Origin: Eledone cirrhosa | Lineage: Eukaryota | Length of the DNA stretch: 64,000 nt | Direction of reading: 5' to 3' | Assembly: GCA_964016885.1 (NCBI GenBank) | Contig: OZ024743.1 | Coordinates: forward strand, 1,736,001 to 1,800,000 | Part shown: positions 1-13,689 of the stretch, one piece after another | Numbering within the stretch: position 1 is the stretch's first letter | How the letters are laid out: each line of letters begins with the position of its first letter | The notes under the pieces: model-generated | The model's database searches: none | What the model was told of the DNA's origin: nothing | What the model saw: only the letters and a program-made list of their open reading frames with translations | Program-made: the position numbers and the translations under genes

Positions 1-109
1 ACGATCGTTTCTAGGATATATATGTGTTAGAGTTGGTATGCATATTCTATAGATCTATGTACAATATTTATACAAACTATCAGAGGGAATATACATACCT
101 ACACATATA

Positions 110-520
110 TATGCTGTCTTCAGAAATAATGATATTTGTTTATTGAAAAAAACAAAGATTCAATACAATAGGTCTGTTTGGGAACAGGTTTTGAATTGAC
201 CAATAGAGAGATAGTGAGGGTCAGGATAGTAATATAGTAGTAGAATAACCTTAAATTATGGGTAGAGGAAGGTAGATTTCAGTTTTGGATGGAAAAGAAT
301 ATTATGAATGAAGGATTATTTTAGGGAAGAAAATAGGTCGTATGCTGACCTCAGAAATAATTTTATTTGTTCCTTGAATAAAACCAACAAAGATCTAATA
401 TATTCTGTCTGTTTGGTAAGAGGTTTAGAATTAACCAATAGAAAGTTAATAATTGGCCAAATGGTAAAATAGTAGTAATTGAAGCTTATTTTAGGGGTGA
501 AAATAGGTCAGGTGGTCAGT
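110..520. repeat. Diverged ~230-bp tandem duplication
   Basis: atgctg..tcagaaataa..tttgtt..aacaaagat..tctgtttgg..aggttt.gaatt.accaataga occurs at ~110-230 and again at ~341-460. Confidence 0.6.
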
Positions 521-756
521 AAAAGGTATACAAGCAGTTGCTGTTATAAAATAGTAATGTCAATGCAAATATCTAAGGAGACTAAAGTGTTAGTGAAAAA
601 AAATACATCTATGAAAAGAATATAAATTAATTTAATTGATGGGTATATTTATATTGATAAAATTATACTAATACATATAGATATGATAAATAAGAGTTAG
701 ATGCAGTTGAAAAGTGCTGTTAAAGATGAGGGGAAATTAAAAGAATATAAAAATAA

Positions 757-768
757 TATATATATATA

Positions 769-846
<78 letters not shown>

Positions 847-975
847 TACACATACACACACACACATACACATATATATATATATACACATACATATATA
901 TATATACATATACCTGCAAATATACATACATACATACATATATACACACACATACACATTTACATATACATATAA
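757..975. repeat. (TA)n/(CA)n microsatellite, one of dozens across 1-47 kb
   Basis: Direct reading; source of the spurious YIYI/HTHT ORFs. Confidence 0.98.
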
Positions 976-1394
976 TTATTGGGGGGGGGGGGGAATTAAA
1001 TTTATTAGTGAGAAATAATAAATATATTATTATCGTAAAATGATGAATTTTTTAATATAAGGAACTGTTTCTTTGTTTATTCATTATTTTATTAATTTAT
1101 CTTTCCTCAAAAACCAGTATGACTCTAAAAACCGGTTTGTCTGTGTGTTTACATACAGAATAGCTGGATACTCACAGTAAAGTAACCAGTGAAAGACTTG
1201 GTACATCTACATATGTATACGTGTGTGTATTCATATGCATACTAGTATTTCAGTATGCATATGTAGATGTACATTTTTAACTTAATTGTTTAAGCGTCAG
1301 TCATACAAAAGTGAGTTACAAACGAAACGAAATTTAATTTCGTTTCGTTATTTGTTTTTATCGTCTCCGTTGAACCGGTACGTACTCACACTCT

Positions 1395-1442
1395 ATGCAA
1401 ATTAGTCTGCCCACTACTAATTTTCATAGAAAAAGCATATAA
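1395..1442 (+). promoter_or_regulatory. Octamer (ATGCAAAT) plus TATA-like box upstream of the HHR
   Basis: ATGCAAAT at 1395-1402 and catataa at 1436-1442; same spacing in two other HHR elements. Confidence 0.5.
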
Positions 1443-1459
1443 CGATATGTGATTTTACG

Positions 1460-1555
1460 ATTCTCCAGAAAGGCCGGTAGATAGGTAAATATTGCTGATG
1501 AGTTGTAACAACAACGAAACTAGTTCAATATTCCTTGTCTGGCTTTCTGGAGAAT
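1460..1555 (+). ncRNA. Type I hammerhead ribozyme with extended stem I
   Basis: aatattg-CTGATGA(1495)-gttgt aaca acaac-GAAAC-ta-GTT-caatatt; distal arms attctccagaaag/ctttctggagaat are perfectly complementary. Confidence 0.85.
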
Positions 1556-1886
1556 AGAGGAAAGGTGTTTCCTCAAAAACCAGTATGACTCTAAAAACCG
1601 GTTTGTCTGTGTGTTTACATACAGAATAGCTGGATACTCACAGTAAAGTAACCAGTGAAAGACTTGGTACATCTACATATGTATACGTGTGTGTATTCAT
1701 ATGCATACTAGTATTTCAGTATGCATATGTAGATGTACATTTTTAACTTAATTATCTTGACTCTGTTTTCCGTTTATTTTTCACCGAAAATAGTTTTTGA
1801 ATGCATCCTCTCTTTTCATGATATCCGGATTACATTGAGTTCTTCATACGGATTGGACACTACCGTAAACTTTTGGTAGATTTATC

Positions 1887-1963
<77 letters not shown>

Positions 1964-2203
1964 AGATATATATCAAGATATATATATATATATATATATA
2001 TCAAGATTTTAAAATTAAAATTAATCAAAATTAAAAAATTAATTTTAAATTAATTTTGATTTATTTTGAAAAATTGGTTGAATTTTACTTGTTCTGCTTA
2101 TCTTGATATTAAGTTCTGGTATATCAAATTATTACCATCGAACCACCTTGAATCATAGACAACCTATGTATTTCTGGGGTACCTAGTACCTTTAGACATA
2201 TTA

Positions 2204-2302
<99 letters not shown>

Positions 2303-2826
2303 ATACTTGGGGAGGATCATATTGTTGTAATAATATTGCCAGAAATAATAACAGAACACACTCACTGTTTGGTTGGTTTTCGCTTCTGCATCTTTTATAT
2401 CTCCATAGTTAATTTATTTGGCAATCAATGTTTATCATTGACTGACCAACGGTTAAAACTACAGATATAAATAAATATATATATATATATACCCCCGCAT
2501 ATATCAACTTACAAGCATACATGCACACCTGCACGCGCCGGTTATATTTGGCTATATATATATATGCACGTGAGTATCGATAATTTCACAAATGTATGTA
2601 TGTTCTTCTGGTTTTATAATTTCACAAAGTTTTACCAATAGAGAGAGAGTCGGTTTCTAACATAGACACAAGACTCTCTCATTGTAATTTACACAACATC
2701 AACTAGGTAGATATGTATGTATGCATGTGTAGATATGGATGTTATTGTATGTGTGGATGTGGATGTTTTGAGTTGTATGTGTGCATGTGTATATGCTTTG
2801 TATCTGTACATGTGTATATGCAGTTA

Positions 2827-4352
2827 TTAGATGCAACATTTTTGGAATGTTTTACATATTTTTACTGTTTCATTAATGGATTGTACTTGTAATTTCCTAA
2901 TTAGTTGTGTTCTTTCTGTTCCCGTGAAGCCTAGCTTCTCAAGGTTTGTATTGAGGCAGTTACTAACATATCCCAGTGCCCCAATAATCACAGGCATAAA
3001 TCTGAAGGTGTAATCAGAGTGGAGTATCTGCAGAAATATTCTCCTTTTCACTAATCTTTGATATTATATTGGCATCTGCTGGGCTGCTAATTTCCACTAC
3101 TGTACATGTTTTCTTCTCCCTGTCCCATATCATAATATCTGGTGTGTTATGCCTGCATTTTATTGGGGTTTTTACTGGAACATTCCACCAGTACTCTTTC
3201 ATATTATGTACATGGATGTCTTCCACATTGTTGTAGCTTTTAATGTGTTTATTATCGGGGCTATCTATTTTACGAACTGCATTGTACAGTGTTTTGGCCA
3301 CTACATCATGCCTCATAGGTAGATAATACCGCGATGACATCTTCGGACAGCTGCTGATGACATGGGTGATATCCTCGATGTTAGTTCTACAGAGTCTGCA
3401 CTTGTTATCACATCTAGGTGTTTTGCCTGCATCCCTATCTCTTTTGTGAATCAGGTATTTCGTGCTAATCTCCTGTTCCTGGATTGCAAAAGCGTATCCT
3501 TCAAAGTGGGAGCCAATATAGCGGTTGTTGGTCCAAGATAGACCACTTTCCTTATCTATATTACTCTCACTCTGGAGCTTCCTGGCAACATATCCATGCA
3601 TGATTTTTTGCTGATAGGCATGCAGTTTTTCATCCATGGATTCTCTGTGATACTGCTGAGCGACATCACTGGGTGTGAGTTTTTGATTATCACACAGGGA
3701 ATATCTCTCAAGGAGTTCCTTTCCAACTCTCATGATCTTATCTGTTTCATGCAGATAGACTTGCTCGAGAAACGAGGTTCGTAGATGTTGTCGGAGAGAT
3801 ATGATGCGACATTCAAATGTTGTCTGGACTCATGTTAGGCCTCTGCCTCCCTGCTTACGTTTCAAGTAAAGACGGTCTATGTCACTGTTGATGTAGAAGT
3901 TTCCGGTGATGTTCAGTATTTTTCGATTTCCAACATCAACTGCTCGAATTTCGTCTATCGTCCAATTGAGTATTCCAAACGTTGGTGTTAGGACAGGCAC
4001 AGCAAACACATTGTGAGCCACTGTTTTGTTTTGCGCAGAGTTCCGATGACCAGATCTTTCTTAATCGGGTGTAGTATTCCCTGGTTACGCGTTCTTTATT
4101 ATAGGATATGTTCTCATCTATCCCCAGGTATCTGTAGCAGTCCTCATCAGATATCGGTGAAACAGTTAGATCATTGATGACAATGTTGCTAGATTGGGTT
4201 GTTGTTTTTCCCCGCTTTACAGTCATGTATGAGCACTTATCTTGGCCAAACTCCATTCCTATATTCTTTGAGAACGTTGTAACCAGGTCAAGATTTTTCT
4301 TCATCCCATCCATGTTCTTGGCATAGAGTTTCAGATCGTCCACAAAGAAGTT
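2827..4352 (-). mobile_element. 5'-truncated, decayed R4/Dong-like non-LTR retrotransposon (RT C-terminus, CCHC knuckle, restriction-like endonuclease)
   Basis: FFVDDLKLYAK..IGMEFGQDKC..YRYLG; CRLC..EDITHVISSC..RH; PDIMIW..VVEISSPAD; PVIIGALG; frameshifts and stops present. Confidence 0.85.
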
Positions 4353-4954
4353 ATGTATGTATGTATGTATGTATGTATGTATGTATGTATGTATGTATGT
4401 ATGTATGTATGTATGTATGTATGTATGTATGTATGTATGTATGCATGTATGTATGTATGTATGTATGTATGTATGTACAGCCCTGCAACCCTGATGGTAT
4501 CCAATGATGTTGACTTGTTCTTCTTTTTGGTAAATATCATCTTGGTTAAGAGAGTGGGACTGGCTTTGTGCAGTGCCTTTGCTCACTATAAAAGCTTCAC
4601 GGTACAGGCATTGCTTTATATCTGGAGATCTCTCTGCACTTGTCGTCATATGGTACCATGGGCCCAGCACTATGTGTCAATAATTGTCACAAGTGTAGTG
4701 TTTGTACCAGAGTTTTGAAGTCGCTGCCTGGACTAAAAAGTCACACTCGTTCAGCGCATCGGTAGGGGTTCTCCTACATGGATATAAAGTAGTGGCCGTA
4801 CTCGAAAACGAGTTGGCAGCCACCATGTATGTATGTATGTATGTATGTATGTATGTATGTATGTATGTATGTATGTCTATTTGTAAGTTTGAATATATGT
4901 CGGTGTATGTATATATATATATATGTGTGTGTGTGCGTGTGTGTGTGGTATGTA

Positions 4955-4996
<42 letters not shown>

Positions 4997-5394
4997 TACC
5001 TAGATGCAACTTGTCTATTTTGGTATGCTGGTTAGTCTTATCTCTGTGTATTTTGGGATACATAGATTTATAACTAGCTAGACCGTGTAAACAACTTGCA
5101 TGGTGGAAATAACATCAACATATGTAACCTTCAATTCTTACCTTCTATATCAAACAATATCAACAAACAACAACTACTACACACTCTCAAAGCATCCTGT
5201 TTTACTCCGAGATGTAGGAACATTGCTGATGCCCTTTGCACACCGTCCCAGATTAACGAGGTCAATAGAGTTGTTGTTTGTGGTATTGATGCTGTTATTT
5301 AGCTTCAAGTGATCTTTGATCAAGCAATCCAGTAATCAAAGCCAGTGCAGTCGTGACCATCATGTATTTCTTTTATATATTATATATATATATA

Positions 5395-5780
5395 TGACTA
5401 AGGCAACGAATTGACAGACGTTAGAACGACGGATAGAATGTTTTGCGGTATTTGTTCCGGTTTTCTGCGACATCTGATTTCAAATCACACCAAGGTCAAC
5501 TTTGCTTTTCATCCTTTCGAGGTCGATAACAAAATGTATCGGACAAGAGCTGGGGTCAATTTTTCCTTTATATCTTTTACCCACTCTCCCTCCTTTTCCC
5601 TCTCTCCTTCTTTGGAAGAAATCGGCTGTGTTCGGACACGGAGAGCACATGGGTTTCACCAGGATAAAAATACCGTATGTCACGGGACCTCTACTACTTC
5701 ATCAGAAGCCACAGGTAAATGGAGAATATGTAAGGTCACACATTACAGTATCCTTTTCATACGGTATTGTATCGTGTAAT
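5395..5780 (+). mobile_element. tRNA-derived SINE, long-tailed variant
   Basis: Core ctttgcttttcatcctttcgaggtcgataa; its 3' extension (gaagaaatcggctgtgttc) is shared with 49393-49750. Confidence 0.7.
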
Positions 5781-5798
5781 TTGAATTTTTCGAATATA

Positions 5799-6400
5799 CA
5801 GGATGGGCATAAGTTTGGAAGCAAATAAAAATGCTTTCAATAACAAAACTACTAGTTTTATTGACCAGCAACATATCTTTAGAATATAATGTGTAGGGTT
5901 TATTCAAAATGTCCCCCTCGTGCAGTAATAACAGCCGCTAACCTCTGTCGAACACCTTTCACAGAAGCACGCAGCATTTCTTGGGGAATTTCTTTCCAAG
6001 CGCTCAGAAAAGATGCCTTTAAATCATCGACTGTCTTACGGACTTTTGAACAGGCTTTTTCTTCAAGGATAGACCATACTGAAAGGGCCATAGGGTTCAA
6101 ATCAGGCGAACAAGGAGGCCACATTTCTTTTGACCAGACCTCGGAAGATGGTCTCTGCATTAAGCTTGTGTGACATTTGCTGTATGGGAGATGACTCAGG
6201 TCCACAGATAATCATTGCCAAAATGATTAGTTGCAGAAGCAAGCATAAGCTACAGAATACGTAAGTTTGGGAGTTGATTTTTGTCCTTTCTTCCACAAAA
6301 ATGAGAGGAGACTCCAAAATGATGAAACAGTCACCCCAGTCCATAACAGAAGCTGGTTTCTTTATATGGAATACAGATGTTTGGTCAACATTGCTGATGG
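5799..6400 (-). mobile_element. Tc1/mariner transposase C-terminal fragment with candidate TIR
   Basis: WPPCSPDLNPM..VWSILEEK..QRLAAVITARGGHFE (5900-6205); TA|CAGGATGGGCATAAG end at 5797-5813. Confidence 0.85.
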
Positions 6401-6734
6401 GGTTTTTTCCAATGACTCGATCATTTCTTCGGGTGTTTGTCTACTCAACATTGAGAAACTTTTTATCGTACACATCCACACACGCACACGCAACTGTGTA
6501 CATGGCGCATAAAATATTATATGAAGACAACATTCTTGAGGCTTGGACCCAACCCATCCATGTGGCGATATAAGCCTGAAAGTGCATGCACAATATGCAT
6601 AAATGCAATAACTGCGTAGTAGCCATGCACTAATCACAGATAACATTGGTGGCATCTATAATATACTCTGCTCTGTAAGAGCATCGAGTGCTCAAACGGC
6701 ATACCGCTTACGGACGCTTTAAGCATCCCACACC

Positions 6735-6816
<82 letters not shown>

Positions 6817-6821
<5 letters not shown>

Positions 6822-6924
6822 TTTAACCCGGGTTCAATCGGGGGTAACCACAGTAAGTAAGGTACTCATTCGGGAGAAATCATCAGGAAGCCTGATGATT
6901 TCTCCCGAATGAAACAGTTCTAGT

Positions 6925-6926
<2 letters not shown>
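6817..6926. mobile_element. Rearranged fold-back fragment of an HHR-bearing Penelope-type terminal repeat
   Basis: Hairpin cattcgggagaaatcatcagg-aag-cctgatgatttctcccgaatg; both parts match 39355-39492; flanked by (TA)n. Confidence 0.7.
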
Positions 6927-6980
<54 letters not shown>

Positions 6981-6986
<6 letters not shown>

Positions 6987-7341
6987 CAAGAAATAAGAGT
7001 AACATGGTTGTCTGTACAATAAGGGCTTTAGTCACAGTACTGACAATTGTTTCTTTGATCTGGTAGGTCTAGAGTTCGCTAATCGCTAGATGTTGCGTCA
7101 ATCGATCTCCAATACTTTGTTTATAACCAGTTAATTCATCAGAGCGAGCGAATGTGAGGATAATACGCAAGGCATGGCTTTTATAGAGGAGTGGTCTAAT
7201 AACAAAGTATTGGAGATCGATTGACGCAACCTCTAGCGATTATCGAACTCTAGACCTACCAGATCAAAGAAACAATTGTCAGCACTGTGAATACAGCCCT
7301 TATTGTACAGACAACCATGTTACTCTTATCTCTTGAATTAT
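6981..7341. mobile_element. Inverted pair of HHR-bearing terminal repeats (arms 6981-7121 and 7201-7341)
   Basis: ~140-bp near-perfect inverted arms; minus strand reads gct-CTGATGA-82 nt-GAAAC-aatt-GTC-agt. Confidence 0.75.
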
Positions 7342-7576
7342 TATTACTCCAAGTATAACCTACATAGAAATCACCGTGAACTCGCTGTATCACTATGGAA
7401 GCGTCTTGTTGAGTCAAACTAAGCCATACGTTAAAACCATCCACAACACAGAGTACTCTAACTGGACTACCTCTAAGTGGATTGCCTATAACGATAACTT
7501 GTTATCCCGTATATATATGTATATATATATATATACAAAATATAAAACAATCAGATTTTAGTTTAATACATTTAAC

Positions 7577-7623
7577 TGCTGACAATTGTTTCTTCCAGAC
7601 GAATGTCTGGATTCATCGGAGCA
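7577..7623 (-). ncRNA. Hammerhead ribozyme (CCGATGA core variant)
   Basis: tgct-CCGATGA-a tccagac attc gtctgga a-GAAAC-aatt-GTC-agca. Confidence 0.7.
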
Positions 7624-7734
7624 TACACAATGTTTAAACAGGTAATTATAATCCTAGTCTTCAGAACATTGATAAAGATACATAACTATTGACAGTGTCA
7701 GTGACATCATATTGAAAAATATTCTTTAAGGTAA

Positions 7735-8020
7735 TCTAAAGTCTAAAGTCTGTCTTAAGCCAGAAGGCTCATTTGGCCGGTGCTTATCCCGGTTTCATGG
7801 CGTGAAGCGACTGAGAGTACAAGACTCCCCCCTGGACAGGACGCCAGTCCATCGCAGGGTTAATCCTCCAGCTATTGCTGGTACTCATTTTCAGCTGAGT
7901 ATACTGGAGCAACGTAAAATGAAGTGTGTTGCTCAAGAACACAGCACGCAGCCCAGGAATCGAACCGACGACATTATGATCGTAAGTCCAACACTCTTAC
8001 CACTAGGCCACGTGCTTCCC
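7735..8020 (-). mobile_element. Second tRNA-derived SINE family, full length
   Basis: Minus strand shows A box tggcctagtgg, B box ggttcgattcc, body cctgcgatggactggcgtcctgtccagggg and a (gacttta)n tail; partial copy at 42132-42283. Confidence 0.8.
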
Positions 8021-9139
8021 CCTTTAAGGTAATACATGTGCAAAAGATACCAAGCAAAAAGGTGTTAGAGAAGATAGATAAAAGATATCATAGCATTGAA
8101 AAGCAGGTAATGTTAAGGGTACATTAATAAAGGCATGCATGATGTAAGAGTTACATAATAAATAAATCAAGCATATTTCATACAGAATGTTAAAGCATGT
8201 TAAAAGTGTTAAAAATGTTAAAAGTGCTAAAAATGGCATGCATTATGGTAAAGAAATATGTAATGATAAAAAGAATAAATGTTGTGTAATGTATAATGCA
8301 AAAAACGTAAGTAAATAAGATAGGTAATTGTCATTCAAGAACTCTAATATAAAAATTCTTGAATGACAATTACCTATCTTATTTACTAATTTACTTACTC
8401 TATTTTCAAGTTCTTGGTGAATTTTAACATAGATGGGCAATATGTTCTGGATTCTAATTTTGCAAATTTATCTTATTTTACTACTAATTCAGAGTTTATT
8501 AGGATAATGGAGTGACTATTTCGGGTTTTGGATAATCGTTCGTATATTTATAAATTTTCTTGATGGTTAATAGGTTTTGGTATGTCATTGACGACAGCCA
8601 TCGAGTATGATGGTTGTGTGTCTATTGTTTGGTTGTTTTAGAATTAAGTACCGTATAGAAGCCGATCCGAATATAAGCTGACCTTAATTTATGTCCGAGA
8701 AATGGGCAACCATCCAAACCCTATTTGTAATCCGAGGCAGCTAATCAACGCATTGTTTAGATAGCGTATATAACACCACCACACACGCAAACACATTTTA
8801 CCATCGATTTTTTTTGGTCACATATTCCTCTATTTATATTCGATAATATACGGTAATCTGTAGAGTATATGGTGCTAATTTGTCTGTAGACCTGCTAACC
8901 TCTAAAAACCCATACAAAGAGTACCACGAAAAAAGTGCCCCAAAACGGGGAGAAATGAGGCAAAATTTTACATAATGAAAGCTATACCCATTTTCACAAG
9001 AGAAGACATCTCTCACCTACCTCAAAGTGGATGGCAGATCTCCCCGCCCGACGGGGAGAGTTGACAGGTGAGTATCTTGTAGCCTCAACCTATAACGGGA
9101 ACCAGATACTGAAGGCAATTGTAACCTGGTGTATCTGTA

Positions 9140-9276
9140 TGTGTGTGCAAAAGGTAAACAGAAATTACAAAACAAACGACACAGTACATATTACTAGTTT
9201 TACGCTTGATATAGTAGGAAAAGAGTCTCTTGGCTGTATTAACATGGTCTGTTAAAGTTAGCAAAATGTTTACAAT

Positions 9277-9342
<66 letters not shown>

Positions 9343-9470
9343 ATTGTAAACATTTTGCTAACTTTAACAGACCATGTTAATACAGCCAAGAGACTCTTTT
9401 CCTACTATATCAAGCGTAAAACTAGTAATATGTACTGTGTCGTTTGTTTTGTAATTTCTGTTTGCCTTTT

Positions 9471-9478
<8 letters not shown>
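9140..9478. repeat. Near-perfect ~340-bp palindrome centred on (CA)n(TA)n(TG)n
   Basis: 9140-9298 is the reverse complement of 9319-9478; the arm is related to 44351-44440. Confidence 0.9.
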
Positions 9479-9542
<64 letters not shown>

Positions 9543-9639
9543 GTATATACATATATTTGTGTGTGTGTGTGTGAGTGTGTGCTCTTTTTAACAACTTTTC
9601 AACTTTTTAAACTGGTTCATTTTTTGTCACTAGTTCAGC

Positions 9640-12600
9640 GATCCAGAGAGCTGCGCTGGTAGGAGTTCAACTCCAGTAGGGTCACTCAAAGCTGACAAGT
9701 CAAAAGGGAGAAGCCAGACTAAGCTAGTGAAAAAGAAATAACAACCTCTATTTTTTGTGGGTAGTTTTAGTCACATTGGTAGGTATCGGAGAACGGTTAT
9801 TTTCGCTTAGTGTACATCGCAGCTTCTTAAAGGTGTATCTGCTCTAGTTAGCCAAGAACTACAAGACAAGGCAACGACGGATTGGCTACTCATTATTGTA
9901 GTATTTTACTCAGCTATTAGAAAACATGACAGAATCAAGAAATCGCACGTGGATTCAAGCCCCTGAATTCCACCCCAGAAATCGCACCTGGATTCCACCC
10001 CAGTAACCAGTTCTGTTGATCCCAATGCGAATTTTATGATAGTGCTAGCCTAACCCCCCCCCCCCCCCCATCCCGAGTAGAGGTAACGGCGTAACACAGA
10101 AAGAGGCTGCTCAAACAATCAAGTTACGTACTTTTCTCACAGATTAACTGTCGTACACTCAATACATTGTCACCACTCAAGGAGTTGGAGAAACTCCTTT
10201 ATGATTGTAACATATCTGTACTTACTATTCAAGAACAGATATTTACACATAGAAAATGATCCTGATATATTAGCACACAATCTTGGCTCCTACATACGGT
10301 TCACAACCTCTGCTTGGAAAACATCAAAGATTTCAACGATCGGTGATATTGGGATTGTTATAAAAACTGACATACTCAAATTATTGATATCCGTTCAAAA
10401 GATACATGACCGCATAATGACCCCAACATTTAAAAGAAACTATAAAACCACTATTATATCATGTTACTCACCTAACAGTGGGTGCAGTGATGATGAAATA
10501 CTGCAATTTTACGATGAGTCATATGAACATATCTCAACAGTTCCTGCTGGTTTGTGGAGATTTCAATGCTCAATCACCACTCCTTACATCAGACTAGTAA
10601 CAGAAATGAAATCTATTTTCAAAGTGCCCTAATTGCTTTGAGCTTTAGTTTCCAAACACGTCTAAATTGTTTATGAACTTGGAGATCGTCTAATCTTGAT
10701 CTTTATCAAATTGGTTATATTCTCTACGGAAAGAAATGGCGCAACAGCATCCATGGTTGCCAAACCCATTCATCCTCAGACTTGATTGACTTAAATCACT
10801 GTCAGTAAATGCAAACTCAACCATCGTGCACCTCGGATAAATCCATAAAAAACTTTTAGGTGGAATGCTTTGTCTAACCCTAATGTAACTGTAAAAGTCG
10901 AAAACAAAATAATAGAAACATTTTCAAACCATACAAGAATTTCATTAAAATCAGCACTGAGATAGGAAGGCAAAACCTTCCTCCCAAATCAAAATTCTTG
11001 TCTTCAGAACCACACTCAATAACTACAGCTCGCTCCAATGTCTTGCAATCTAAAGTTACGGACATACAAGTAAACCAACAACGCCTACAAAAAGATATTG
11101 CAAGGAAGAAGCTAAAGGAATCAATATTCTCCTCAACTTCTTCGACAATTCTGAGTCTACTGACAACCAAAAGAACGCATGGAAGTTGATAAAGAAATTA
11201 TCAGGCAAAAAGAACTCTAGGGTGAGAAACGTCTCAATGCATGGAAAAATTATTTCGAAACGCTACTGAATAACAACAGCACTATAAACGATCAAACACT
11301 AATACAATACATTTGTTGAAAATTTCTCTAGATGAATTTAAAAGCGCTATTTGTCCGATGAAAATAAAGCACCACGTCTAGATGGGCTTCTGTTAGAATT
11401 CTGGAAACTTAAAAGATTCCAAACTATCTTACTATATTTTGTAACAAGACCTATAACGGAAACCGACCAAAAGGATGGGGTATTTCCGTAATAGCACATA
11501 TTCCCAAGAAAGGTGATCTTAGGAAACCAGGCACTTATCATGGAATAAGTCTGACAGAGGTAGCCGCAAAAATTTATAATTGCCTTATTTTGAAAAGGGT
11601 TCGACCAGAAATCGAAAAAATCCTACGCCCAAACCAAATTGGATTTAGATCATCCAGATCTACATCATCACACATTATGGCCCTCTAATTGAAGAAGTAA
11701 GAAATCATCAAAAAGAAACCATATTGGCCTTTATAGACTTGCGAATAGCTTTTGATAGCATTAACTGTGAACGTATGTTTGAGGTGCTACTTGCCTACAA
11801 TATTCCTCTCAAACTCCTTAATGGAATCAAGATCATATTCGAAAACAATCTCGCTACGCTACTGACAGCAGGAGAAACTGATTTCTTTTAGGTAGTCACA
11901 GGTGAACTTCAAGGCTATCCCGTCACACCGTATTTATTTATCTTACTTGATTATGCATTACGTGTTGCTATTGATTTTGATGGCTTTACCTTCAAAAGCA
12001 CGAGACATCCGTCACAACACCTTATGTGCAGCTTCAATAAGTAATACAGATGATCTCTTACACAACCTATAAGTTTCTACTCAAGCTTTGGGACTCTTAT
12101 TAAATACAATCAAAACCAAATACATGACCATCAACTTAGATCAAGCAACAAACATCAAATCATTAAGCAATACTGTTCTTGAAGCAATATATGATTTCAA
12201 ACACATTGTCGCATACATCAATTCGTCAAATGATATAAACAACAGGATAACACAACCATAGTCTACTGTGAACTCACTAAATAAGCTGTGGAAATCTAAC
12301 ATAGCAATAAAAACAAAACATAGATTATTCAAAGCTACAGTGGAATCAATTTTACTCTATGGATCATGGTCAATGACAATACCTATCACCAAAGGTTTAG
12401 ATGGTTGCTACACCCAAATGCTAAGAAGAATACAAAGACAATTACAAAGAAAATTCTCTACGGCAACCTCTCGTCCATTAGCCATGAGAAGCAGGTCATG
12501 TCATGAGAAGCAACGAACCTGCTACGAAACATTTACTATAGAAACCCACTAATGCAAAACATAAACGAGGAAGACATCTCAAGGCATTAAAAAGAGTCAT

Positions 12601-12700
12601 TGAGAAAAATACAGAATTATTAGGAAAAGAACTGAGGCAGTTAATGTTGGATCGTGTGAGATGGAAAGATTTTATCATGTTAGCAAAAAGAAGTGGGTGA
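9640..12700 (+). mobile_element. Decayed, near-full-length RTE-like LINE (APE endonuclease plus RT)
   Basis: IISCYSP and GDFNA (APE); QIGFRSSRST, FIDL..AFDSI, GELQG, LWKSNIAIKTKHRLFKATVESILLYG; many frameshifts. Confidence 0.85.
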
Positions 12701-12794
12701 ACTAGTAGTATTTATATTTGTAAACACACACAGACACTCACACATTATACTCGACTATTTACTGGCAATTAATTTGTCATAATTATTAAGTGGA

Positions 12795-13180
12795 ACGGTG
12801 GTGGATTGGCAATATCGGTAGAGGGTCGAACACCATGCTTTGGCGCATCGAGTTACGGCCCTTGCCATTCTGAGTTCAAATCCCGCTGAGGTTAACTCTG
12901 CCTTTCATCCTTACTGGGTTGATAAAATAAAGTACCAGTAATGCGCTGGGATAATTGTTGGCCTTGTGCCAAAAGTAGAAACAATTATTATGTGGATTGG
13001 CAGTATCGGTAGAGGGTCGGACGCCATGCTCTGCAGCATAGAATTACGACCCTTTACGGTGTGAGTTCAAATCCCGCCGAGGTTAACTTTGCCTTTCATC
13101 CTTACGGGGTCGATAAAACAAAGTACCAGTAGTGTACTGGGATAATTGCTGGCCTTGTGCCAAAAAGTAGAAACAATTAC
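12795..13180 (+). mobile_element. Two head-to-tail copies of the dominant tRNA-derived SINE
   Basis: gtggattggcagtatcggtagagggtcg..gagttcaaatcccgccgaggttaactttgcctttcatccttacggggtcgataaa..gtaccagt..ggccttgtgccaaaagtagaaacaatta. Confidence 0.9.
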
Positions 13181-13400
13181 CGTATTTTCCGACGTCGAAG
13201 ACGCTACTTTTTTCCTAAAATAAGCCTAAAAAATCTACCACGCGTCCTAAGGCTGAAGATTGTTTATTATTTTTTTTTTCAAATTTTTGGTTGTCAAAAT
13301 TAGGGTAATTTCTTGAGCGTTTTGGTTTGCTCGAATAAAAAAAAAACTGTCCCCCCCAACCTCACACCGTCGAAGACATATAAGACCCTCAACAGGAAAA
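13180..13400 (+). mobile_element. Left end of a Tc2/pogo-like non-autonomous DNA transposon
   Basis: TA|CCGTATTTTCCGACGTCGAAGACGC terminus; related copy at 44915-45226 is split by a SINE. Confidence 0.5.
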
Positions 13401-13689
13401 TGGACATAAATTTTGTGTTTTTGTTTCCCTGTGTTTGTCTTGTTTTTCTTGAGCAATGTATATTTTGTCTTTTTATTACAGTTGTATAAAGTTACAGTAG
13501 AATAACGTTGCAAATATGTTTTTAATATATACATAAATAACATAACAAATATAAAATCATGAACAAAAATGATAAATGAAAGAAAGAAGAAGAATAAAGA
13601 AGAAAAAAGTGTGTGTGTGTGGGGTGGGGGTGGGAGGGGTTGGCAATTCACCACCAAGTGCGACAATCGGCAACACCTCAAATCTTGGC

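Larger units (their letters stand above)
1102..1753 (+). mobile_element. Retrozyme-like element A: 466-bp monomer with 186-bp terminal redundancy and one HHR
   Basis: 1102-1287 is identical to 1568-1753 (offset 466); internal hairpins at 1201-1272, 1321-1349 and 1557-1574; HHR at 1460-1555. Confidence 0.75.

Noticed and set aside
7940-8020. tRNA gene
   Set aside because: A and B boxes run directly into a SINE body, and there is no acceptor-stem closure.
9010-9075. Host exon suggested by splice-donor-like caggtgagt
   Set aside because: Isolated motif with no recognisable coding sequence; cannot be supported without RNA data.
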